Positions 47,859 through 57,900 of a stretch of DNA of 64,000 nucleotides are shown piece by piece. This DNA comes from Patescibacteria group bacterium (lineage in GTDB: Bacteria > Patescibacteriota > Patescibacteriia > XYB2-FULL-38-15), in assembly GCA_041653675.1 (NCBI GenBank), contig JBAZEY010000006.1, positions 837-64,836 of the forward strand, given 5' to 3'. The notes below the pieces were generated by a model. It made no database searches. It had not been told where the DNA came from and saw only the letters and a list, made by a program, of their open reading frames with translations. A program made the position numbers and the translations under genes. Numbering within the stretch: position 1 is the first letter of the stretch; each line of letters begins with the position of its first letter.

Positions 47859-49139
47859 ATGTCTTTTTTATCAAAATTTGATCCCGAAATCGCGGACGCG
47901 ATTGAAAACGAAATCAACCGCCAACGCTCTGGTTTGGAAATGATCGCTTCGGAAAATATCGTTTCCCGCGCCGTGCTTGAGGCCATGGGCACCCCGCTCA
48001 CTAATAAATATTCCGAAGGCTATCCGGGGAAACGCTATTATGGCGGAAACCAATTTATTGATGTTTCGGAAAATTTGGCGATTGACCGCGCGAAAAAAAT
48101 CTTTGGTGCCGAGCACGCCAACGTCCAACCACATTCCGGCAGCCAAGCCAACGCCGCGGCCTACCTCGCGCTTATAAATCCTGGTGATAAAATTTTGGCC
48201 ATGAATCTCGCGCATGGTGGGCATCTTTCTCATGGCTCGCCGGTAAACTTTTCCGGAAAATTTTATAATGTTGTTTTCTACGGAGTAAATAAAGATACCG
48301 GCCGGATTGATATGGATGAAGTTAGAAAAATCGCCTTGGCAGAAAAACCAAAATTAATTTTGACTGGCGCCTCGGCCTATCCCAGAGAAATTGATTTCGC
48401 CGCTTTCCGAAAAATTGCCGACGAAGTCGGGGCGTATTTAATGGCCGACATTGCCCACATCGCCGGACTAGTCGCCGCAAAAATTCATTCCGACCCAATT
48501 CCCGTTTGCGATGTTGTGACAACTACGACTCATAAAACTCTTCGCGGCCCGCGCGGCGCCCTAATTCTTTCTAAAATCGCCGATCGCCTGCGTCCAGAAG
48601 ATAAAAAAAATCTAGCGCAAAAAATTGATTCCGCCGTTTTCCCGGGAATGCAGGGCGGCCCGCTTGAACATATTATTGCCGCCAAAGCCGTGGCTTTTTT
48701 AGAAGCACTGCAACCGGATTTTATTGAATACCAAAAACAAATTGTGAAAAATGCCAAAGTTTTAGCGGACACACTTTTGGCCGGCGGATTAAAATTAGTT
48801 TCCGGCGGCACGGATAATCATTTGATTTTAATTGACTTAACCGACACCGGACTCGGGGGCAAACAAGTTGAAGACGCGCTGGGCGAAGTGGAAATTTATG
48901 TCAACAAAAACATGATTCCCTACGATACCAGAAAACCACTTGATCCATCCGGCATCCGCCTTGGCACTCCGGCGCTTACCACCCGCGGAATGAAAGAAGA
49001 AGAAATGAAATTGGTCGGCGAGATGATTGTAAAAATTATAAAAAATATTTCCGACGAAAATATAAAAAAAGAAGTCCGCGAAAGCGTTCACGGACTTGTG
49101 ACGAAGTTTCCTCTTTATCCAGGGCTTTCAGTTTTATGA
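47859..49139 (+). CDS. glyA: serine hydroxymethyltransferase
   Basis: PLP lysine context [13 protein letters not shown] and overall SHMT motifs. Confidence 0.95.
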   Translation: MSFLSKFDPEIADAIENEINRQRSGLEMIASENIVSRAVLEAMGTPLTNKYSEGYPGKRYYGGNQFIDVSENLAIDRAKKIFGAEHANVQPHSGSQANAAAYLALINPGDKILAMNLAHGGHLSHGSPVNFSGKFYNVVFYGVNKDTGRIDMDEVRKIALAEKPKLILTGASAYPREIDFAAFRKIADEVGAYLMADIAHIAGLVAAKIHSDPIPVCDVVTTTTHKTLRGPRGALILSKIADRLRPEDKKNLAQKIDSAVFPGMQGGPLEHIIAAKAVAFLEALQPDFIEYQKQIVKNAKVLADTLLAGGLKLVSGGTDNHLILIDLTDTGLGGKQVEDALGEVEIYVNKNMIPYDTRKPLDPSGIRLGTPALTTRGMKEEEMKLVGEMIVKIIKNISDENIKKEVRESVHGLVTKFPLYPGLSVL

Positions 49140-49954
49140 CACAAATAATCGATGGCAAAAAAATCGCCGCGGAAATCCGCGGAGAAATAAAAAGGGAAAT
49201 TACCGAACTGGGAATCGTTCCCGGATTGGCTGTAATTTTAGTTGGCGCTGATCCGGCCTCGCACCTTTATGTTGGCCTAAAAGAAAAAGCCGCGGCCGAA
49301 GTTGGAATTCATTTTGAAAAATATTTATTCTTTGCCACTGAGCCGGAAGAAAAAATCATCGCGAAAATAGAGGAATTAAACGCCAGACCAGACATTCACG
49401 GAATTATCGTCCAACTTCCCCTACCCCAAGGATATAACGAAAATAAAATAATTGCCGCCATCGATCCCAAAAAAGACGCGGACGGTTTTCATCCGGAAAA
49501 TATTAAAAAACTTATGGCTGGCGAACCGAAAAATATTCCGCCGGTTATCTCGGGAATTTTGAAATTAATTGAATCAACTGGAACCGAACTCACCGGAAAA
49601 AAAATCGCCATATTGGTAAACAGCGAAATTTTAGCAGAACCGTTGGCGAAAATTTTGGAAGGAAACCAAGTGAGCGTGACGATCCGGCCGGAAGATCCCG
49701 CGATGCATACTCACGACGCCGATATTATTGTCACGGCGCTCGGCCGACCCAAAGTCATCACAGCCAACGCGATTAAATCCGGCGCGATTTTAATTGATGT
49801 CGGCACAACACGATTGGAAGATGGCAAAACTGTTGGCGATCTGGACTTCGATTCCGTTGCGGAAAAAGCCGGATGGATTACGCCCGTTCCCGGCGGCGTT
49901 GGACCGATGACTGTCGCAATGCTTTTGCAAAATGTCCTGAACCTCGCAAAATAA
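49136..49954 (+). CDS. folD: bifunctional methylenetetrahydrofolate dehydrogenase/cyclohydrolase
   Basis: FolD architecture (GLAVILVG..., PGGVGPMT) and translational coupling with glyA. Confidence 0.9.
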   Translation: MTQIIDGKKIAAEIRGEIKREITELGIVPGLAVILVGADPASHLYVGLKEKAAAEVGIHFEKYLFFATEPEEKIIAKIEELNARPDIHGIIVQLPLPQGYNENKIIAAIDPKKDADGFHPENIKKLMAGEPKNIPPVISGILKLIESTGTELTGKKIAILVNSEILAEPLAKILEGNQVSVTIRPEDPAMHTHDADIIVTALGRPKVITANAIKSGAILIDVGTTRLEDGKTVGDLDFDSVAEKAGWITPVPGGVGPMTVAMLLQNVLNLAK

Positions 49955-50086
49955 GCGCCGCGGCGGCGCTTGAAATTCCGTCGCTCGCCCCAAATGTCCC
50001 ACAAAATGGGACGCTTGCGGGCTCGCTAGAAATTATAAATTTTCTAAAAAAACACGGCCGTTTTGGAGCCGTGTTTTTTGATTATA

Positions 50087-50527
50087 TTAAATTTTATAGA
50101 GCAGCCAATTTTTTTCCTTAAAATTTACAAGCGCGTAATCCCCTTTTAATTTTTTACCCCGCAACTCAAATTTCATGGCCTTGGCATTTTTCTCTTTCAA
50201 AATAAATTTTCCCTTATCCCAAATTTCCACTTCGCCCGCGCCATACTCTCCCTCGGGAATTTCTCCCTCAAAATCAATATACTCTACCGGATGATCTTCA
50301 ACTTGTACCGCCAGTCTCTTCACTCCCGCAATCTCCGGCGGACCCTTGGGCACTGCCCAAGATTTTAAAACACCATCCATCTCCAAACGAAAATCATAAT
50401 GCAAATGGCTCGCGTGATGTTCTTGAACAACAAACCTGCTTTGGCCGGTTTGTTTAATCTCACCTTTTGGTTCTCGTGTGACGGAAAATTTTCTTTTCGC
50501 CTGATATTTTTTTAAATCCGTAGCCAC
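50087..50527 (-). CDS. stand-alone LigD-type 3'-phosphoesterase domain protein
   Basis: [18 protein letters not shown] matches the LigD-PE signature (HxHxxxRxHYDxRLE). Confidence 0.75.
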   Translation of the reverse strand: MATDLKKYQAKRKFSVTREPKGEIKQTGQSRFVVQEHHASHLHYDFRLEMDGVLKSWAVPKGPPEIAGVKRLAVQVEDHPVEYIDFEGEIPEGEYGAGEVEIWDKGKFILKEKNAKAMKFELRGKKLKGDYALVNFKEKNWLLYKI

Positions 50528-50537
50528 AAATTTTTTC

Positions 50538-51674
50538 TTATGATTCGGGATAAATTATTTTATAAATAATTCCCAAAATAAATACAAACGCCACCAAACT
50601 CAACACCCATTCGGAAATTTTAACTTTATATTCCGGCGTTCTCTTCCCTTCTTTTTCCGCCTTAAGCCAAATCAAAATTATCAAAAGTCCCTCAATTCCT
50701 CCGAGCACCGCTCCGGTAAAGCCGATGATTGAAATGAACGACGGCTTGGCCAGAAGAAAAATTATAAACGGCACAGCACAGGCCAAGAGCCAAGACAACC
50801 AGCCATTAATCTTATAATCAAATTTAAAAATCTCCTTTAAGTTAAGACCTAAAACTAGAAAAGAAGTCGCAATGGCCAAAAATCCAAAAATAGCGCCCAA
50901 AACAACTATATTATTCCCAAGCGGCGCAATCAAACCACTGATTGCTTCCGTAGAAGTATTTTCCCCGCTGATCCCAATCACCACGAAAGAAAAAAGAATT
51001 GTAATGGCAACGGGAATTGCCGTACCCCAAATCAAAGCTTTTTTCATTTTCTTTTCTTGGCCGCGCAAAAGATCGCGAATTTCCGGAACAGCCGCCGCGC
51101 CGCCCAGAGCAAAAAGGATTACCCCGTAAGGAAAAAATATCTCTTTCAGATTCATGACATAAAGATTTGGTGACCAAACGTAAGGCAGGCCAAGGGCCAA
51201 AATAACTCCTACGATCGCCAGAAGAAGAATCGTCATGGCAAATTCAATTGATGCCACGAGCTTCAATCCGGCGCCGACAAAAAGCGACATAAAAATAAAA
51301 AATCCAAGCTGGTACATCAAAACCGTTCCGCCCAAAATCGGCCCCAAAAACATGTGTAAAAATTGCCCGCCAATTACAATGTAAGCAATTAACGCGCCAT
51401 AAAAAGAAAAAATCTGCGCCAGAGCCGCCACCATCTTGCCCTTACTACCAAGATATATTTCCGCGTAACCAACCAGCCGATGCTTCCCTTCCGTGCGAAG
51501 CGCTACCTCGCCATAAAGAATATGCACGAGCAGAAGAAGCATGCCTAAAATAAAAATATAAGTAACACCCAAAGCGAAGCCCACTTTTTCCACGGCGTAA
51601 GGCACGCCAAAAAGTCCTACTCCAACAATCATGCCAACCATCATGGCAATAGCATGATAAAAACGTTTGTTCAT
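50538..51674 (-). CDS. amino acid permease (HAAAP/aromatic amino acid transporter-like), 11 TM
   Basis: Polytopic membrane protein with an N-terminal GxG-rich TM1, like the Trp/Tyr permease family. Confidence 0.45.
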   Translation of the reverse strand: MNKRFYHAIAMMVGMIVGVGLFGVPYAVEKVGFALGVTYIFILGMLLLLVHILYGEVALRTEGKHRLVGYAEIYLGSKGKMVAALAQIFSFYGALIAYIVIGGQFLHMFLGPILGGTVLMYQLGFFIFMSLFVGAGLKLVASIEFAMTILLLAIVGVILALGLPYVWSPNLYVMNLKEIFFPYGVILFALGGAAAVPEIRDLLRGQEKKMKKALIWGTAIPVAITILFSFVVIGISGENTSTEAISGLIAPLGNNIVVLGAIFGFLAIATSFLVLGLNLKEIFKFDYKINGWLSWLLACAVPFIIFLLAKPSFISIIGFTGAVLGGIEGLLIILIWLKAEKEGKRTPEYKVKISEWVLSLVAFVFILGIIYKIIYPES

Positions 51675-51840
51675 AATTCACTAAAATTAGTTCTAATGGC
51701 TTAAAATATTATAACATAAACAAAATCATAACTCAAAATGGGCCATTTCCCGATAATTAGAGGCGTGGACAAAATGTGCAAAAATCCATTTGCTTTTTTC
51801 CCGCGAATTGTTTAAGATTTAAGAACCTAAATCGCCATCT

Positions 51841-53205
51841 ATGGCTATCGAAAAAATCACTCCGCAAAATATTGAAGCCGAACAATCTCTTTTGGGCTCG
51901 CTTTTAATTGATAAAGATTCAGTTATTCGCGTCGCCGACATTGTCCGAACAGAAGATTTTTATAAAGAAAGCCACGCCGTAATTTACGAAGCGATTTTGG
52001 ATCTTTTTGGCCGGCACGAACCGATTGATATTTTGAGTTTGACTTCAAAGCTTGAAGAGCACGGAAAATTGGAAATGATTGGCGGAAGAAGTTATTTAAT
52101 GACACTCGCAAACGGTGTCCCGACCGCCTCGCACGTTGTCCATTACGCGAACATCGTCCAAAAAAAAGCGACTCTTCGGCGCTTGCTTACTGCCGCAGGA
52201 GAGATTACTGCTCTCGGCTATAACGAGGAAGAAGACGTGGAAGTCGTTTTGGATAAAGCCGAGCAAAAACTTTTTTCCGTTTCCCAAAAATATTTAAAAC
52301 AAATTTTCATCCCGATTAAAAATATTTTGACCGAGGCCTTTGACCGCATTGATGAACTGCATCGGGAAAAAGGAAAACTCCGCGGCCTCACGACCGGCTA
52401 CCACGACTTGGACAACCTCTTGGCCGGACTTCAAAAATCAGATCTTGTGGTTTTAGCCGCAAGGCCTTCCGTCGGTAAAACTTCGCTCGCTTTGGATATC
52501 GCGCGAAATGTCGCCACAAAGGCAAAAGTCCCAGTCGGCATCTTCAGTTTGGAAATGTCTAAAGAACAACTTGTTGACCGCTTGCTTTGTTCCGAAGCCG
52601 GAGTTGATCTTTGGAAAATGCGAACTGGCAAATTATCCGACCGCGACGAAGATGATGATTTTCCGCGCATCGGCCATGCTATGGGAGTTTTATCCGAGGC
52701 CCCAATTTTCATTGATGATTCGGCAACTTCAAATATTATGGAAATCCGGACCAAAGCCCGCCGGCTTCAAATTGAAAATGGTTTGGGTCTTTTGATTATT
52801 GACTATTTGCAATTGATGGAATCCCGTTCCCAAAAAACCGACAACCGCGTTCAGGAAATCGCGGAAATCACGAGATCGCTAAAAGGTATTGCTAGAGAAT
52901 TAAATATCCCCGTGCTTGCCTTGTCTCAATTATCCCGCGCCGTGGAAGCTCGTTCCCCGGCCATCCCGAAACTCGCGGATCTCCGCGAATCGGGATCAAT
53001 CGAACAGGACGCCGACGTGGTTTTGTTTATTTATCGCAAAGCCATGGATCGAAATTTCCGCGAAGTCACGCCTGAAGAAAAAAATATCGCGGAAATCCAC
53101 ATTGCCAAACATAGAAACGGCCCGACCGGCATCGTCAATCTATTTTTTGACGAAAATCGGGTCAGCTTTAAAAATCTGGACCGCCACGCCGAAGATCAGC
53201 AATAA
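51841..53205 (+). CDS. dnaB: replicative DNA helicase DnaB
   Basis: N-terminal NIEAEQSLLGSLL, Walker A ARPSVGKTS, and a RecA-like fold with an arginine finger. Confidence 0.95.
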   Translation: MAIEKITPQNIEAEQSLLGSLLIDKDSVIRVADIVRTEDFYKESHAVIYEAILDLFGRHEPIDILSLTSKLEEHGKLEMIGGRSYLMTLANGVPTASHVVHYANIVQKKATLRRLLTAAGEITALGYNEEEDVEVVLDKAEQKLFSVSQKYLKQIFIPIKNILTEAFDRIDELHREKGKLRGLTTGYHDLDNLLAGLQKSDLVVLAARPSVGKTSLALDIARNVATKAKVPVGIFSLEMSKEQLVDRLLCSEAGVDLWKMRTGKLSDRDEDDDFPRIGHAMGVLSEAPIFIDDSATSNIMEIRTKARRLQIENGLGLLIIDYLQLMESRSQKTDNRVQEIAEITRSLKGIARELNIPVLALSQLSRAVEARSPAIPKLADLRESGSIEQDADVVLFIYRKAMDRNFREVTPEEKNIAEIHIAKHRNGPTGIVNLFFDENRVSFKNLDRHAEDQQ

Positions 53206-53211
53206 AAAATA

Positions 53212-53823
53212 ATGTCCAATTTTCCTCCGTCTCTTCAAAATCTAATTGATTATTTTTCCCGCCTGCCGGGCGTCGGACCGAAAACCGCGCTCCGGTTTGT
53301 TTTTTATTTGCTGAAACAACCAAAAATTGACGTCGAAAAATTCGCCGCGGCTCTGGGTGTTCTTAAAAATCAAATGGCCATCTGCCAGGTCTGCCAAAAT
53401 TTTTCTGAAAAAAATCCTTGCGCAATTTGCAGCGACTCCCGACGCGACCATGAAACTATTTGCGTCGTAGCCGAGTATCAAGATTTGCCAGTCATTGAAA
53501 ACACCAACGATTACCACGGTACCTACCATGTTTTGGGCGGAGTTTTAGATCCGCTTCACGGCATCACGCCAGACCAATTGAAAATTAAAGAGCTCGTGGC
53601 GCGCATCCAAAATGGAAATGGAAAAATTAAAGAAATTATTTTGGCGTTGAATCCCGACCTGGAAGGCGAGACAACAATGCTCTATCTCACAAAACTTATA
53701 AAATCTTTTGGCAAAAATATAAAAATCACTCGCCTCGCCCGCGGCCTGCCGATGGGATCTGATCTTGAATACGCCGATGAGGTGACTGTTTCCGACGCGC
53801 TGAAGGGCAGAAAAGAAATGTAA
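53212..53823 (+). CDS. recR: recombination protein RecR
   Basis: HhH (RLPGVGPKTA), C4 zinc finger (CxxC...CxxC) and Toprim. Confidence 0.9.
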   Translation: MSNFPPSLQNLIDYFSRLPGVGPKTALRFVFYLLKQPKIDVEKFAAALGVLKNQMAICQVCQNFSEKNPCAICSDSRRDHETICVVAEYQDLPVIENTNDYHGTYHVLGGVLDPLHGITPDQLKIKELVARIQNGNGKIKEIILALNPDLEGETTMLYLTKLIKSFGKNIKITRLARGLPMGSDLEYADEVTVSDALKGRKEM

Positions 53824-53888
53824 AAAATAGTAATTAGCAATTTTAAAGATACAAAAAATCAGCCGCGTTTCGGCTGATTTTTATTTTA

Positions 53889-54200
53889 TTATTTTATGCT
53901 CGTCACTTTTACCTCCGTAAACATCTGCCTGTGGCCATTTTTTCGGCGATAACGGACTTTCGGTTTGTATTTGATGATATTTATTTTTCTCGCCCGGCCC
54001 TGTTCCAAAATTTCCGCCGAAACTTTCGCTCCAGAGACGAGAGGTTTTCCGACTTTTATCTCCTTGCCGTCTTCATCGGATAAAAGTAAAACTTCAAAAT
54101 CAAGTTTATCACCGGCATTTCCGGCGACTTTTTCAATCTTTAAAATTTCCCCTTCTTTAACTTTGTATTGTTTTCCACCTGTTTTTATAACTGCAAACAT
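53889..54200 (-). CDS. rplU: 50S ribosomal protein L21
   Basis: MFAVIKTGGKQYKV is the bL21 N-terminus. Confidence 0.9.
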   Translation of the reverse strand: MFAVIKTGGKQYKVKEGEILKIEKVAGNAGDKLDFEVLLLSDEDGKEIKVGKPLVSGAKVSAEILEQGRARKINIIKYKPKVRYRRKNGHRQMFTEVKVTSIK

Positions 54201-54275
54201 AATCTTCCCTTGAGTATTAAAAAATTAACATTCAAATATTAAACCATCTATCCCAAAAATTGTCAACTTTTAAAC

Positions 54276-54845
54276 TTATCTAATACTCTTAGCTAGCTCC
54301 CTATCAACTGCCCCAATAAAACTTCTAAATCTTTCCAATTCCGGATCGTCCTGAGCTTTTTTCAAATTCTGTCTTATTTCTTCTTGCCTTCCCGCGACAT
54401 CGCCGATGGCATCATCAATATTGCCAATCTCTTTTAAAATAGCCTGAACTTTTTTCATGTCACCTTTATCTTTTGCCGTTTCCAATTGTTTCAAAAACCG
54501 CGCGCTTTCTTTATTAAGTTTATCAACCTTCGGTTTCGCGGCGGCGATCGCTCGACGTAAATCCCCGGCAATCTGCGCGACCGCCTGCTCTTTTTCATCT
54601 ATAAGTTTTTCAAAAAATTCTCGGGCTGGCGAGAGGTGTCCATTTTTTAAAGAGTCAATAATCCCATCTAAATAATCAATTCTTTGCTGCCTTATTTCTT
54701 TGCTTTGTTCATCAAATACTCCAAAATTTTGAGCGCGACGCAACTCATGCTGGAGAAAATTTATCATTTCTTCTTTTTCCTTAAAAAAATCTCGCTCCTC
54801 AATATTTCTTTCCCCCTCCACTTTTGACATATCAATCTCGCGCAT
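54276..54845 (-). CDS. hypothetical coiled-coil protein
   Basis: Charged, helical 189-aa ORF. Confidence 0.4.
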   Translation of the reverse strand: MREIDMSKVEGERNIEERDFFKEKEEMINFLQHELRRAQNFGVFDEQSKEIRQQRIDYLDGIIDSLKNGHLSPAREFFEKLIDEKEQAVAQIAGDLRRAIAAAKPKVDKLNKESARFLKQLETAKDKGDMKKVQAILKEIGNIDDAIGDVAGRQEEIRQNLKKAQDDPELERFRSFIGAVDRELAKSIR

Positions 54846-54851
54846 ATCTTT

Positions 54852-55292
54852 TTAAATTTTAATATCAACTTTATCCCCTACTTTTATCCCATAATTTTCG
54901 GCAAATCCAGCGTTAACTTCCAAAACATAATTTGCTGGTTCTTTCGGCGTATAGGTTGATAAAAATTCCGCGGCCACGACCGGCAGATTCGGCGCGATGT
55001 CAACCACCACATCATTTTTAATCCAAATAATATCAATAGAAAATTCCATATCTTTCATCCAAAACGCCGGCTGGCCCGGAGTGGCAAACACAAAAAGCAT
55101 GCCATGATTTTCATCCAAACTTTTACGATTACTCAAACCTTTTGACATTTCCGCGGCGTCATCGGCAATCTCCACTTTAACTTTTGCATTATCAATAATT
55201 ACGGAACCATGTTCTTGCGCATATTGGCCTGCTTTTAAAAATCCTGCCGCTGCCAAAATTACAATAAAAATGACTGAGTAAAAACGCTCCAT
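54852..55292 (-). CDS. DUF192 (COG1430) domain protein with signal anchor
   Basis: GMLFVF...FWMKDM...DIIWI motif set of DUF192. The start is reassigned to MERFYSV, because the ORF-track extension overlaps the inverted repeat at 55366-55452. Confidence 0.6.
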   Translation of the reverse strand: MERFYSVIFIVILAAAGFLKAGQYAQEHGSVIIDNAKVKVEIADDAAEMSKGLSNRKSLDENHGMLFVFATPGQPAFWMKDMEFSIDIIWIKNDVVVDIAPNLPVVAAEFLSTYTPKEPANYVLEVNAGFAENYGIKVGDKVDIKI

Positions 55293-55365
55293 ATTTTTAA
55301 AATTAGTATATTTTCTTCTCTTTATAATACCGCAAATTTTTTCTGGTGGCAAGCTAAAATAAAAA

Positions 55366-55452
55366 CCCTGGAGTGAGTGAATAGTCCTCGGATGTCCAGA
55401 CAAATAGAGAGAGATTTATTTGCTGAACGAAGATTATTCACTCGCTTCAGGG
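55366..55452. repeat. 18-bp inverted repeat (CCCTGrAGyGAGTGAATA) related to family A, at the left edge of GC island d
   Basis: ccctggagtgagtgaata-N51-tattcactcgcttcaggg. Confidence 0.55.
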
Positions 55453-55659
55453 TTCAAACATTTTTTGAGACCGCCACTTTTGTGATGTTCTCGAAAAATG
55501 TGGGGAACGAATGATGTGTAGTCACTCGTTCCCCGTGTGTTCGGTTTGTCTAGGCCGAAACCTGAGGGCTACTGCCTCCCTTGGACTCACCACTACGCAG
55601 GTGACGCGTTCCATCGCGGGCGGCGAGCGTTGACCTTGCGGTCAAGCGATAGCGGCTAT

Positions 55660-55839
55660 CTATCTCACGCCTACCTCCTCCTCTTCACCGAGCAGGAACT
55701 GGACGAACCGGTCCAGCTGCGGTTCATACCGCTGCATGAATCGGACCGTCGCCCGCGGTGCGATCCGGTCGGCGATTCTGACCACGATGACCGCGGAGAC
55801 AAGAATCGCCGTGCTGGCGACCTCCCGTACCACCTTCAC
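55660..55839 (-). CDS. small hydrophobic protein (59 aa, GTG start) in GC island d
   Basis: SD GAAGGGAGGAAG lies 4 nt before the GTG. The sequence has one TM-like segment (STAILVSAVIVV). Confidence 0.35.
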   Translation of the reverse strand: MKVVREVASTAILVSAVIVVRIADRIAPRATVRFMQRYEPQLDRFVQFLLGEEEEVGVR

Positions 55840-56077
55840 AATCTTCCTCCCTTCTAGCCGCCAAGGACCAGCAAAGAGGCGACAAAAGCGAAGAACAAAC
55901 CGAGCCAGAACACGTGGCCTTCTCCGGCTCCCTCCATCTCGCCGACCACCATAAGCCGGCGACGCTCGAACTTTTTGACTCCTTTCATGATGACGTAGAC
56001 GTCCGCGCCTACCACCAAAATTCCCAGAATCACCCTGGCCGTGGACAAATTTTCTTGCCTCCTCTTGGTCGGATGAA

Positions 56078-56227
56078 CTAGGAGCAATCCTCGCCGTCGT
56101 CGCCGTCGCAGGCGTCGACCACATCATCGCATCCCGCGTCCGCCTCGCACGGCGGAGAGAGATCGATGAACGTGTTGCTGCAACCGAGCGCGAACATCAC
56201 GAACAGCACCATGAACATCTTTTTCAT
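56078..56227 (-). CDS. truncated paralogue (49 aa) of the Cys/Asp-rich lipoproteins
   Basis: MKKMFMVLFVMFALGCSNTFIDLSPPCEADAGCDD... has the same signal, lipobox and first Cys-motif as the two large paralogues. It is preceded by the third copy of the leader repeat. Confidence 0.4.
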   Translation of the reverse strand: MKKMFMVLFVMFALGCSNTFIDLSPPCEADAGCDDVVDACDGDDGEDCS

Positions 56228-56371
56228 CTCGTTTCTTTCCCTTCTTTTGCCTCCGCCAAAGGCGGAAAAATTTATGAAATGAACTTTCCTCTCTTCGAGT
56301 TCACCTGTTTACTGTTCGAGCGGAGCGTTAGCGAAGTCGAGAACTTCTCGACTCACTTCGTTCGCTCGAAG

Positions 56372-56545
56372 AATAACAGATGCCCTCGAAAGAAGGCGGA
56401 ACACATTTTTTAGGTGGGTTCCGCTAAGCTCGTATTTTTTCTTGCTGTCACCTTGCGGTGATTTAGGAAAATTTACGAGCCACCGTCCGAAGGACTCGGA
56501 CGATTTCCGGCATACTTTTGGAAGCCGGCTTATTTTGGAAGGTGC
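56372..56545 (-). repeat. leader repeat copy 3 (distal ~175 bp, near-identical)
   Basis: Matches 57727-57900 and 59469-59640 almost base for base. Confidence 0.85.
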
Positions 56546-56547
56546 TA

Positions 56548-57627
56548 CTACGGGCAGTCCTCGTCGACCAGTCCGTCGCAGTTGTCGTCGAGGCCGTTGC
56601 CACACGTGTCGATGGAACCCGGAATGGACCAGATGGTTCCGGGTGGCGACGAATCGCAGGCCAGCTGGAACATCTCACCAGGCGCGTTGCAGGTGATGAC
56701 GCCGAACTCGGTGCAAAGACCTTCGTCGGAGAAGATGACGCAGGTACGACCGAGATCCTCTCGGTAGTCCTCGTCCGTTTCCCCATCGCAGTCGTTGTCG
56801 ATCTCGTCGCAGAGTTCCTGGGCGTCCGGATTGATAGCCGCGTCGCTATCGTCGCAGTCTTCCGCATTGGTAACGTACCCAGGAGGCATATCCTCGGTTG
56901 GACAGTGTGACGAGGTAGCGGTGGGGGTGTCGAATCCGAAGCCGTCGCCGTCTCGATCAAAGTAGATCGGAAAGCGATCGATGGCATCCGCGTCCGTCTC
57001 GCCGTCGCAGTCGTTGTCGAGGCCGTCGCAGATCTCGCCAACGCCGGGATGGACAGCCGGATTGTGATCGTCGCAGTCGTAGTACTCACCCGGCGAAGAA
57101 CCACAGAGCTGATGACCATCGACGTCATCATCACGTCCGACAAGCAAACAGTGATTCATCACACAACGGGAGATGATGCACTCACTGTCGCGAAAACCGC
57201 AGTCATCGGAAGTGACACACTCTGGCGGCGCGCAGGCGGGATCATCGGACGGAACGTGGCGACAGATGCCGCCAACCTCGCAGAGGTCGACCGTGCAGTC
57301 GTCGCCGTCGTCGCAGTCCGCACTCGTCTCACATTCGGTAGTCGGGAGACACACGCACATGTCGCCGGAACAAACGCCGGTTGACATGCCTTCTGCCTGG
57401 CACTCGAAAACGCAATCGGTCGGCACGCAGTCGGACGGCGGCTCGCAGGCCGGATTGTCGGAGGGAACCATGACGCAGGTGCGGTCAATGCCGCAGATGT
57501 CCACCGTGCAGGGGTCGCCGTCGGCGCAGTCCGCGTCCGAAACGCACTCCTGACTCAGATCGAGGAACGTGTTGTTGCAACCGATCGCGAACAGAACCAC
57601 GGACAGAACCATCAACGTATTCTTCAT
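56548..57627 (-). CDS. secreted Cys/Asp-rich lipoprotein with MopE/TSP3-like DxDxDGxxDC metal(Ca)-binding repeats
   Basis: Start reassigned to MKNTLMVLSVVLFAIGC (SD AAGGAAGGAAAG). It has repeats CDGLDNDCDGETD, CDEIDNDCDGETDED, CGNGLDDNCDGLVDEDC and ~14% Cys. The ORF-track N-terminus (MFRLLSRV...) is the upstream leader read in frame. Confidence 0.65.
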   Translation of the reverse strand: MKNTLMVLSVVLFAIGCNNTFLDLSQECVSDADCADGDPCTVDICGIDRTCVMVPSDNPACEPPSDCVPTDCVFECQAEGMSTGVCSGDMCVCLPTTECETSADCDDGDDCTVDLCEVGGICRHVPSDDPACAPPECVTSDDCGFRDSECIISRCVMNHCLLVGRDDDVDGHQLCGSSPGEYYDCDDHNPAVHPGVGEICDGLDNDCDGETDADAIDRFPIYFDRDGDGFGFDTPTATSSHCPTEDMPPGYVTNAEDCDDSDAAINPDAQELCDEIDNDCDGETDEDYREDLGRTCVIFSDEGLCTEFGVITCNAPGEMFQLACDSSPPGTIWSIPGSIDTCGNGLDDNCDGLVDEDCP

Positions 57628-57900
57628 CTTCTTCTCTCTTTCCTTCCTTGTTGTAAAGAACTTTGTCCCGGACACGCGAAACATCGCGGCCGAGAAACTT
57701 TCCTCTCTTCGAATTTGCCACGCAACGCGTGGTACCCTCGAAAGAAGGCGGAACACATTTTTTAGGTGGGTTCCGCTAAGCTCGTATTTTTTCTTGCTGT
57801 CACCTTGCGGTGATTTAGGAAAATTTACGAGCCACCGTCCGAAGGACTCGGACGATTTCCGGCATACTTTTGGAAGCCGGCTTGTTTTTGGAAGGAACTA
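57565..57900 (-). repeat. leader repeat copy 1 (~335 bp, identical to 59307..59640), comprising the first codons plus 5' UTR/promoter
   Basis: An exact duplicate covering the signal-peptide codons, SD and ~270 bp upstream with several hairpins (TCACC-GCAA-GGTGA, CCACGC-GTT-GCGTGG, TCCGA-GTCCT-TCGGA). Confidence 0.85.

Noticed and set aside
55854-56087. 77-aa ORF (MLLVHPTK...MKGVKKFERRRLMVVGEMEGAGEGHVFWLGLFFAFVASLLVLGG) in island d
   Set aside because: No SD before any of its in-frame starts. It overlaps the 3' end of the truncated lipoprotein gene. It may be real but is unsupported.
56372-57900. Interpretation of the repeated leaders as integron attC sites (cassette array)
   Set aside because: No intI-like gene or attI is in the window. 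The repeats are long (335 bp), perfectly identical, and include coding sequence. The integron R'/R'' core organisation (GTTRRRY inverted cores 60-140 bp apart) is not evident. Tandem gene duplication explains the pattern more simply.
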